Source: Salpingoeca rosetta
Lineage: Eukaryota; Protista; Choanoflagellata
Length of the DNA: 64,000 bases
NCBI GenBank assembly: GCA_033442325.1
Contig: JAWQFM010000001.1
Location: forward strand, 1,610,138 to 1,674,137
Direction of reading: 5' to 3'
Each line of letters begins with the position of its first letter. Within the stretch, counting starts at the first letter, position 1. The notes below the pieces were generated by a model. It was not told the origin of the DNA. It ran no database searches and saw nothing but the letters and a program-made list of their open reading frames with translations. Positions 1-14,372 of the stretch are shown piece after piece. A program made the translations under genes and the position numbers.

Positions 1-397
1 GGATTCACCAAACGCACAGCGCTCCACCAAGAGACCAAAGAGTGGCTGCAGATGTGCCAGTGCGTTGACCACCGCCAGTGGCCGGAGGCGGAGAGGGCTC
101 GTTGCATCTCCATCATGGCTGCTGGTGGTCGTGGTGGTGGTGGTGGCAGTGTAATTGGTGTTCATGTTGTTGGCACAGAGCAAGCGCAGGTGAAACGAGT
201 GATGAGGGCAGTGAAGAACAGAGTCGTTGTTTGGGCTGGTGTGTTCTCAGTGCAAGCACAGAACGGACACTTGCTCTTGTTGTGTGCGTCCTTTGCACTC
301 CATCAAACCGCACACCTGGATGCGGACCGAAGATGCAGCTCTGCGGGCTCGACAACGCTGGCTTCGCCTTTCTGGCGGCTCGTTTGCACCACTGCTC

Positions 398-494
<97 letters not shown>

Positions 495-1542
495 TTTCAC
501 AAATACGAGGCGTATGAGATGCGTTGGAAGAACACAAAGAGGAGGAAGGAGGAGGAGTTGGGGGATACAGGCAGAACGTGCATCGCCGCCAGAAGATGCT
601 GCACCTTGATGCAGGTAGAACATGTAGTCCAGGGCGAGGATGGCAATGGGCTCCAAGTCAATGCCAGTCTCCTCCGATGCCTGAGTATGTGGTTGTGCAT
701 GACAGACCAGGGTGAGTGGGCAGACAGAATGGCAATGCAGCGCAGTGTATCGCAGCGCAGCGCAGTACGGTGAAGTGGTGACCGTACAGCTGCCTGCTGG
801 TGCCACTGCAGTTGGTCACACCTGTATTAAGGACGCGAGCGCGTCATCGGCGTGGGGTTGCAGTGCGGACGTGTTGTCAAAGAGCACCAGCACCAGCTTG
901 GAGAAGAGCCAGCCATGGAATGGCAGTCGCGCCATATGCGCTGGTTCAGTGACACGCTTCGTGTCGTGGTCTTGTTGATGCTGCTGCTGCTGCTCATGCT
1001 GCTCACGCTGTGGTTGCTGTTGTCGTTGCTGCTGCTTTACGGAGGTCGTGGTGAGGGTGTCGTCCAGCAACCGCTGTATGCTCCGCAGACCCGTGCTCAG
1101 CCATTTGATAAACAGCACGCTGTGCCTATGCTTAACTGTGTTTGTGTGTATGTGTGTGTATGCGTGTGCGTGTGTGTGTGCGTGTGTGTGTGCGTGTGTA
1201 TGCAGGAGTTGAGGCGTGTGCTGGTGGGTAGGGAAGCACGACAGCAACAGTCGACGAGTGCGGGTATATCACAGCACGTGCAAGATCAAGCCACGCAACG
1301 CAGCGCAGCCGCGCGGGCACGGACTGACTTGGTGGTCGCAGATGCTGCAGGATCCAATCCCTCAGCGTGCGCCTGCAGTTGAGGACGCTGTTGTGTGCAC
1401 GAAGGAGCTTGTGAGTGGTGGAACGCAAAGATAGACGACACGCATCCCACACACACACACACGCTCCACTGGCTCACGTTTGTGGATCGTCGCTGTCGGA
1501 TTCAACGATCACATTGTATAGGCTCTGCAGTGTCGGGTCCAT
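1..1542 (-). CDS. Hypothetical multi-exon protein, 3'-partial (runs off window start)
   Basis: ATG at 1542 (MDPTLQSLYNVIVESDSDDPQT) with GTGAGC donor. GT-AG spliceable exons give RTLRDWILQHLRPP, VLFIKWLSTGLRSIQRLL...ALASLIQ and ASEETGIDLEPIAILALDYMFY. No family recognised; later exon frames uncertain. Confidence 0.6.
397..492. repeat. (CG)n joined to (TG)n microsatellite, intronic
   Basis: Direct reading: cgcgcg... at 397-412 running into tgtgtg... to 492. Confidence 0.95.
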
Positions 1543-1627
1543 TACGACACGGCCACGACGCAAAGACTAGAGCTAGGCAAGCAAGGCGAGGCGCGACGAG
1601 CGGCGGCACCAGTTCACAGCTGTTCGG

Positions 1628-1638
1628 TGGCGGGAAAA
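1628..1638 (-). promoter_or_regulatory. Possible E2F-type site (TTTTCCCGCCA) in the divergent promoter upstream of TRIP4
   Basis: Plus-strand tggcgggaaaa matches the TTTSSCGC consensus and lies in a 310-bp divergent intergenic region. Motif match only. Confidence 0.3.
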
Positions 1639-1851
1639 ACGGAATGAGCGTTTGCACAAAACCGGCAAACACGTTTGAACAGAAGACGAAAGGAACAGTT
1701 CGGCCAGCCCTTGTTTCACTTCTTTCTTGTTGTAACTGCTGCTTGCAGCGTCTGCGCACACGACCTGGCCTTGATTGGAAGTACACGTTGCTTGCTGGCT
1801 TCATTTCCCCAACCAGCCCCACCACCTGTATCGATCGTCAACCCGAGCAAC

Positions 1852-5716
<3,865 letters not shown>

Positions 5717-6652
5717 ACCCGCACATACTGAATTCAGTTCCATTTGCCTGCACGCAAAATCAGCAAAGCAGGCAAGCAAGACAGCCACCAAATCCATTTG
5801 TTCGCACACGCATTCCATGCAACGTTCCAAAGGGAAGCAACGTGCATGCCAGTGACCATGGCGGTGCGGGGGTCGCCAAGGCGATGATGGGGTTCCAGTG
5901 ACCAGTGGAATCACGCCCACACACGCCATGACATTGCTGCGCGCATGCGTTGCAGTGCACATGCATGTGTCTCTCCCTTCTGCCTGTCCTATTCATGTTG
6001 TGGCGAGCTGGGCCCGCGCAACACACCACTTGCACCTTCTTCGCTGGCACGACAGTGCGTGCGGTTCTTTCGTCTCAGCCCTTCTTCGTGTGGGCTGTCT
6101 GTGTTGTGTGGTGTCTGCATCGCTTGTGAGTGGGAGGAGGTGTGTGTGTGGGAATCAGTTCACGTTTGACACCTTCACTGCTGCCATTGCCGACGAGCAT
6201 TGCGTATACAAACCACACTGCTGTTTCTTCTTCGCCTTGGTTGCGTGCAAGCAAGCCAGGACGCGTGGCTGCTTTTGGATCGCGCGCAGGTTGGTCGCGC
6301 ACACACCCCATTTTCATCTCCACTTGCTTCCCCCAAACTAGTACACTCTCTCGCTCACGCAAACAAGTAATCACACACACACACACTCACACACACACAC
6401 TCACTCACTCACTCACACACACTAGCATTTACACACAAACGCACGTACTCACGCACATAATCACATCCGAACTCTCGTTGGCACAGTGCCATTCTTCTCG
6501 CCACCAGCCAGCCAGCTTTCAGTGCTGCTGATCTCCCCACACCCCTCTAAGTTCCGTGGTGGTCCCTTGTCGCCACCCCACCACTGCTGCCACCATTGCT
6601 GCCACCATTGCTGCCACCACTGTGCCACCACCACTGTTGTCACCGCCACAGT

Positions 6653-7940
6653 ATGCTGCCGGGCTGCACGAGCCGTGCCCGGTCGCGCACGCCGCCAGTG
6701 GCACCCAGTAATGGCAGCCTGGTCGTGTGGCTGACCCTGGCCCTGCCCTTGCTTTTGGTGCACCTAATCGATGCCCAGCAAACTCCGTTGATGAAGGCGT
6801 CTGCGACCACCGTCAACAACACCAGCTACATCCGAGACGACGTGGTGACATCAACAGCAACGCCAAACTCCGGGGGAGTGGAAGCGGCGCTCTCGCTCCC
6901 CGGCATCATCGGCATCGTGGGGGCAATCACCGTTGTTGCACTGGTGGTCATCCTCGCATTCAAGTACGCCAGCGACCGTCAGTCCAAGCGCTCAATGAGC
7001 GCCACAGCACTCACAGGTATGTGAATTGGCCTGCGCACTTGCTGGAGCATCACACCACATCACACTAACACTTGACTGACGCATCTCTGGTTGCACCTCG
7101 TCCCTTTCCTCTTTGCTCTTCCTTGACCCCTCTCTGTCTCTCTCACTCGCACACACACGCACACTCACCCACGCACTCACTCGCCCACACACACACAAGC
7201 ACACTCACACACAAACACACACACACACACTCACACACACACTCACTCACTCACTCACTCACTCACTCACTCACTCACTCACTCACTCACGTCCACTTAC
7301 AACCCCTCACACACCCACACACACACACACACACTCTCTCTCTCTCTCTCTCACTCACTCACTCACTCACTCACACACCCATTCACTCACACACACAAAC
7401 TCACTCACTCCAACCCACCCACCAATAGACGCGCTGATCGAGCAGTACGCCAGTCAGGGTAGCGTGAAGGTGCGCGCAGATGGCCAAGAGAGCCACGGCG
7501 TCCTGCAGAAGCAGCGGCAGGCGACTGCAGCCAACAACATCATGCCAAACGGCAGTCTCTATACGGCACGCGCGCCACGCATGCCGTGCGACGAGGCCAT
7601 CCTCGCGCCCCTCGCGGAGGACCCAGCCATGTCCTGGGACGGCGGCGACACCGTCATCTCCGTCAAGGACGGCATCTACTGCAACATCCGCGGAAAGCGG
7701 CAAACCATGGACCCGCCCTCTGAGGCCTCCACGTCCAGCGTCGTCACCGACACCAGCTCCACGGTACTCGACGACGACAACGGCGACACCGCCAACCAAA
7801 GAAGGAAGGTGCCCGAGTACATGCCCATGTACGCACGCGCAGATGAAGAAAGCGTCATCGGGCAGCTCGACCCAGAGGTGCGCGACATTCTTCGCAACGG
7901 CCGCCCGCCACCAAGCTCCTTCCGCCTCGAGTACGCCTGA
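6653..7940 (+). CDS. Orphan type I single-pass membrane protein (exons 6653-7016 and 7429-7940)
   Basis: Signal-peptide-like LVVWLTLALPLLLVHLIDA, short S/T-rich ectodomain, TM LPGIIGIVGAITVVALVVILAF. Phase-1 GTATGT..AATAG intron restores the frame. Cytoplasmic tail of about 185 aa ends PPSSFRLEYA*. Confidence 0.8.
7240..7290 (+). repeat. (TCAC)n tetranucleotide repeat, intronic
   Basis: Direct reading. Confidence 0.9.
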
Positions 7941-8768
7941 GTACGCAGCGCAATGCGACGCGCTGGACACGTTCTCGCGGCCAGCGAACACCGACTTTGG
8001 TCCAACGGGTCAATTCAGCGTTGGGTGGCCGAGTGGCGCTGTCAACACACGATCGATGACGGTTGTGTAGTTGCAGCATGTGGGCGTGTGCTTGGTCATT
8101 TGGTTGTTTGCTGTTCCCTTGCCCCGCCCTTGCATCTACTATCTTGGGGCTTATATTGGTTATGTATGTATGTAATGTATGTATTTGTTACACGTTTTAA
8201 TATTCCCGCCTTTGCACCTGTCAGGTTGTCTGTGCACGTGTGACACCTGCGAATGCGCGTGCATTCATTGCATTTATGTGACCTTGAATGGCACCGGCTG
8301 TTGCCGCTTGGCGACGGCAGCGTTCGACCAGAGCAGCCTCAGTGTCCGTTTGTTGTCTTGTTGTGAGGAGAGAAGCAGTTAGTTTGCATGTATGCGCGAG
8401 AATGTGTGTGCATGTGTATGCGTGTGTTTGCATGTGTGCATGTGTGGATGTGTGTGCATGGATGTGTGCATGTGTGTATGTGTGTATGTGCATGTGGTTG
8501 GGCGTGCGAAGGTGACACCACATGCTAGCGGTCACAACGGTCGATTAATGTAAAATGGAAGTAACGCAGCAACGCTCAGCAGGGCACAGTGGAACACGTC
8601 ACCACACTGCAGTGGAGCAAACCAAAAGCGAGGGAGAGGGGGTCGGATGGGGCAGAGAACCAGCCAGAAGGATAAAAGAACAGTACAAGCACACACGCAT
8701 GGTGTCTGCAAGCAAGAAAGGGGGGAAGGATTAAACAACCACAGGACGACAACAGCAGCTCCGGCGCG

Positions 8769-11700
8769 CTAAATGACCACCCAGCTGTCGTCAACATCAC
8801 TTAGACTCGCTTGGCGGGAGACGCGGTGCCCGAGTGCGAGCAGAAGCCTCCTGCCTTCATCGCGCAGCGCAGTCAATTCGCCTCTCAGCGTGTCTGACTC
8901 CTACCAGCGCACGCGAACACGAAGCAACCACGAATTACCCGTGGGGGGCATGTATTTGCGCAACGGGCATGCTAGAGTCAGCGAGACAGAGAGACGGCGA
9001 CAGAACCTCGGAGAGGGAGACACAGACAGACCTTGTCCACACATGCATGCACACACCCACACCCACACCCACACACGCACACACACACACACACGCACGC
9101 ACGCACGCACACACCCACACACACTCTCTCTCACGCACGCACACACGCTCTCTCTCTCCCACGCACACACACACACACACAATTGTACCTCTAGGCTGGC
9201 GCGGGTGTCGAGGCTGGATAGCACTTGGTCGAACGTGGTGTCCCAAGCAGGCAATGCACGTAACTAACTCCCAACAACGAGTGGGCACAAGAAAATAAAG
9301 ACGGTCGGTTGAGCAGGAGTTGGTGGCTGTGCCATGAGATTGAACCGCGTAGTTGGGCAACCCTCGCAAAGTCAATGTCATGCACAACTCATCCACTAAC
9401 CGGCCAGTCTGGCTGCGAGGCAAGGTGTCCAAGCAAGGGTCGCTCCTGACGTACGATTTCCAACGACAGCAACATGAACACATAATCAGCACAGAGCACA
9501 TGAACACAGACCAGAACAAAACAAAAACCTGCACACGCAGCAGATAAACACACGCGTGCACGCACACACATTCACACACATTCGCACACGTTCACACACA
9601 CATTCGCACACGTTCACACACACACACACGATTGTGATACCTTGATGAGTTCCTTGATCAAGGCCTCGATGGTGCTGAGGGTGTCTTCAATGGATGGCCC
9701 GCTGTTCGCGTATGTCTGCGTGTGCAGTGTCGTCACACGCCCCTGAAGCGTGTCCAGCTGCAAAGCAAGCAGGGGAGGTGTCGGCATGCGACGGTGAGGG
9801 AAAGGAAGGGAGCATGAGCAACACAGGTGAGCGCATCCACGCTGACGGAAAACAACACACGCACATACGCGCGAGCACGAGGCAAGAACACCAAGCACAC
9901 GATTGAATGCAGCACCCGTCCATGTGATATGACACAACAGCCAGCACACGCACACACTTACTAAAGGAGAAAACTGCATGGCAAGTGGTTCCAGAGCAGG
10001 AAAAATGACGCTTTCGAGCGCAAGCTGCCTGAGCAAGATGAGCGTGTTTTTGACAGCCTTGGGAAAGAGTGCGAGTGAGTGCGTGAGTGAGTGCGTGCGT
10101 GAGTGTGCGTGCGTGAGTGAGTGAGTGAGTGAGTGAGTGAGTGAGCGAGTGAGCGAGTGAGTGCATGAGGGAGCGAGTGCATGAGGGAGTGTGTGCGTGA
10201 GCATTGAGACACAGAGAGAGTCACTGTCACAATATCACAGTCTACACAGACCCAGAGCACACAGCCTCACAGCACTGCAGACACGAGCGCGCACCTCAAA
10301 GTCGACAGCAACACGGATGGCGACCAGCACTTCATCGGGCAAGAACTCGGCCACAACAGCGCGGTTCCTGCGGTACGTGCCAATGTGCGCTGTGTATGCG
10401 CTGAGCATGTTGGACACGACGCCTTTGGTGATTTTCGCTTCCACAGGACGCATGCGCCGCCCAGCCACCCGCTTCAACTGCAAACAGCCACCACAGTGCA
10501 CACAAGGTGCAATCAAGGTTGTGCACGCATGTGAACTGCATTAAGACAAGATTGAAATGGAGCGTCGCCTGCTCCTGGTCTACAACACAAACAACAGCTG
10601 ACACAACAGCAGCAGCAACGGCAGCAGCAGCAGCAATCAGACATAAGGCGTTGTGCACCTTTTGCAGGGTGACGAGCAAGTTCTGGAAGAGCTTGTCGAG
10701 GTCACTGTGGTGTTTGCTGATGGTTTTGGTGATGCCAGATGCACCGGCAATTCCTTTTCCCGTCGCCAACAAATGCGTGTCCTCCTTCACGAATCATCAT
10801 GACAACGCGCAAAAATAAACACACAAAGATGGGAAGCGGAGGTACATGCGCGCGCATTTGTGCACGTGTGTGAATGAGAGTGTGTGTGAGTGTCAATATG
10901 AGTGTGCGTGTGTGAGTGTGAATGTGAGTGAATGCGAGTGTGTGTGTGTGAATGAGTGAGTGTGTGTGAGTGAGTGTGTGTGAAAACGAAAGTGTGTGTG
11001 TGTATGAGGAGAGTGTTCAGATCACGTGCATCAGGTGTCATTCCAACCTGGAAGCGGGCGAGGGCGGTGGTGATGCGATTGCGAAGCTGCATCAGCTCGG
11101 GGTACATTTGTATGATCTGTCAGCAACAGGAGTACAAGGACCTCTTTCCAGTCAGTGAGCCGCGCACATGCATATCCACGCATACAGCCACACGTGCACA
11201 CGGATACATGTAACTACACACCAACACACACCCACACACACCCACACACACCCACACCCACACACACCCACACACACACACACATGCACGCACACAAGAC
11301 ACGTGCACAGGTGCAATTTCACGTGCATGCATGCATACACACACATACACACATACACACATGCAACTGCACAGCTTGCCTTCTCAAAGGCTGGGGATGG
11401 CGGGATAGTCTTGACACGGGCGAGTGTTTCCGGCTTGACAGTATCACCATTGGAGAGAGAGCGAGACACGCTGTGTTCGAGGCGCTTGTCCAGCTTTGTC
11501 GCCACCTCCAGCAAGTACAAGCAGCGCTCGCAACCAAGCAGCGTCATGCTGTTGTTGCGCTCGTACTCTGGATGCAGCACATCCACTTTGACCTTCCCGT
11601 CCTCCGTCTTAAACACCTGTTACACCACACACACACACACACACGTCCATGTGCGCATGCGGTTGTGCATGCAATGTTGTACGCGGTTGTGTATGCAATT

Positions 11701-13649
11701 GTGTGAGCGCTAGGTCGAATGATACATTTGTGAGTGAGGATGAGGCAGCGCACTTTACTGCAGCGAAGGGCGTGTGCGCCTTTCGTACCTCAACGCTTCG
11801 AAACAAGCACTTGTCACAGAATATTTGTCCACAAAGCCTGCGACAAGCGACACGCGCATCGTGAGCCACACCAACAGCGCAGTACCTGCACAATCATACA
11901 CAATCACACACACATGCACACACACACACGCACACACGCACACATACACATATACAGCGCAGTACCTGCACAATCACACACATGCACACGCACACACACA
12001 CACACACGCATACACGCGCATACATACAATCACAAAAACAGCGCACCTGCAGTGGTGTTTCCGGAGAAGCAGGCCGAATTCCCGTGAACAACCGGGGCAG
12101 CCACGTGCATTCTTGGCGACAGCCGCAGCACAGAAATTGACCTGACACGAGCAACCAGTGCAGCAAACAGCAAACCACAAGCGCAGACAGAGGGTGAGGC
12201 GGTGATGCAAGAAACAAAACGTTGCCCCCAACAGCAGTGTTTGCCGGAAGCAGCAGCGCGAGTATCCGAACCTTTGTCCAGCTTGGATCATAGCCGAGGG
12301 CTGTACTGAGCGTTGACATGGCTGGAGATGCTTCTGTACACGCCCGACACAAGTTGGTGGCTGCCCGTCGGATGTGCTCATCGCGACGCTTCAAATGCCG
12401 TTGTCTGCACACAACACAGAGAGGGAGAAGACGGGGGGGGGGAGAGAGATAGAGAGACAGGCAGAGACAGACAGGCAGAGGCAGACAGACAGACAGGGGC
12501 AGGGAGAGACAGACAGGGACAGGGAGAGACAGAGAACGCATGCACACGCACAGAATGCACACACACATACACACATACACACACCATACAAATGCACACG
12601 CACCAAGCAGGAGACGGTGAGCGCAGCGGATGGTGCTGGGGTGGATGGATCACTCAGTGGCCACGTTAGCACGCTCTCATGGACATGCACGCATGTTGGA
12701 GGCATCAGTCTTCCTACCTGAGCTGCTGAAATCGTGTGGTGTGGTCCGTGACTGGGCCCACGCCTTGCTCTGGCTCTTCCAAGTAGCACTGAAAGCACAC
12801 GGGCTGGTGCGTTCCTGCCTCGATGATACCAGTATCATGAGCAACCACAGTGCATGTGCGTGAGCACGTGTGATGAGGTGATTGAGGTGAGGGCAAACTG
12901 ATACTCGCAAACAAGACACATCAACCAGCCAAGACGCTGCGTTTGAATGAACCACACACATGGAATACGGTGCCGTGCCACTTGACTACGTGAACGACAT
13001 GAAAACCGCATGAAAAAGGGTGAGGTTTCAAACCTGAGATTGGGTCTGGGCGGGCGCGGATGTCAAGCTTGCGCTGTTGTCTCATGCAACGCTTACAATG
13101 AATGTGGCCACACCGGCGACACCAGTGTCTTCTGTCGATGAGATCAAACCCGGCACCACACGCGCGGCACTTGTCCGTGTCAGTTGGCGCTTGCCAATGA
13201 ACCTGCCCAAAACATATATGTGTGTGTGTGTGTGTACGTGCGTGAGTGTGTTTGTGTGTGTTTGCAAGTGTGTGTGTGTGTTTGCGAGAATGTGTGTGTC
13301 CAGAGTGACAATGAGGACGATGCACATGCAGCCGCAGCAAATGCAGCAGCAGTCTGCAACAAGTGCAAACACGTCTCTGTAAACCACAAACACACACACG
13401 CACACAGACACACACTCACACAGAGACACAAACACAAACACACACACACACAACCAAGTGCAAACAGTAGCAGCTTGCCTTTGTGATTGTTTGGGCTGTT
13501 CCCTCAGTTCCCTCATGGCAACCATCCCCCAGCCTGCCTGCTTCCGCCGCATCAATCACCTCAAACTCATCCTCATCCTCCCCACCATCTCCGCTGTTGC
13601 TTGTTGTTGTCCTCCTTCCCCTGCGTCTTCGTTCGTGACTCATCATCAT
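8769..13649 (-). CDS. Double-FYVE protein, Vac1/Pep7/rabenosyn-5-like, multi-exon
   Basis: FYVE1 [32 protein letters not shown]; linker [14 protein letters not shown] resembling Vac1/rabenosyn; FYVE2 [24 protein letters not shown]; helical C-terminal exons ending DVDDSWVVI*. Confidence 0.85.
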
Positions 13650-13957
13650 CGATTCGATTTGCGAATTGCGGATCGTGTCGCGCGCGAATTACCGCAATTT
13701 GCAACACGCAGAAAAGCAACCGCCAAAATCCGCGCCAAGCAAGAGGAAGAACCACAAAAACGTGTTCCCCTCTGCGGCTGTGTGAGGTTGTGTGTGTGTG
13801 TGATGTGCGGTTGGTGGGTTGGTTCGCGTGTGATTGCTGGGTGTCCCCCACCGTCTGTGCATGCGTGCGCGCTCACGCTGCCTGGCCTGTGTGTGTGTGC
13901 TGTGTGCGCTGGGTTGATGTGACAGAAGACAAGCAAGCAAGGAAAGCAAGTGCAGTC

Positions 13958-14290
13958 ATGTCGGACACAGAGCAGAAGCTGGCAGTGGACGGCGAGGAGG
14001 CCGCCAGGAAGCAGCAGACAGACGCAATGGACGTTGCGGCAGATGATGGTGAAGCAACGACAGACGCCACAGCCGCCAATGGCGCCACAAAGGAGGAAGA
14101 CGAGGAAGCGTCAGAAAACGACGAAAGCAACGGAAATGGCGATGTTGAGGATGAGGAGCGCAGCCCATCGTCCAACGCTTCCGAGGTGGGGAGTTTGCAG
14201 TGCAGTGCAGAGCGTTTGAGGGGGGGGGGGTGCGGTGGTGGTGGTGGATTTGCACGGGCGTGGCCTTTCGTGTGGATGTGTGTATGAGAG

Positions 14291-14372
<82 letters not shown>

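Noticed and set aside
620-690. ASEETG resembling a Nudix box
   Set aside because: After splicing, the upstream GX5EX7RE part of the motif is absent.
6653-7940. Syndecan assignment for the membrane protein
   Set aside because: It ends in EYA and has an SG site, but lacks the syndecan C1 motif (RMKKKDEGSY) and has a much longer tail.
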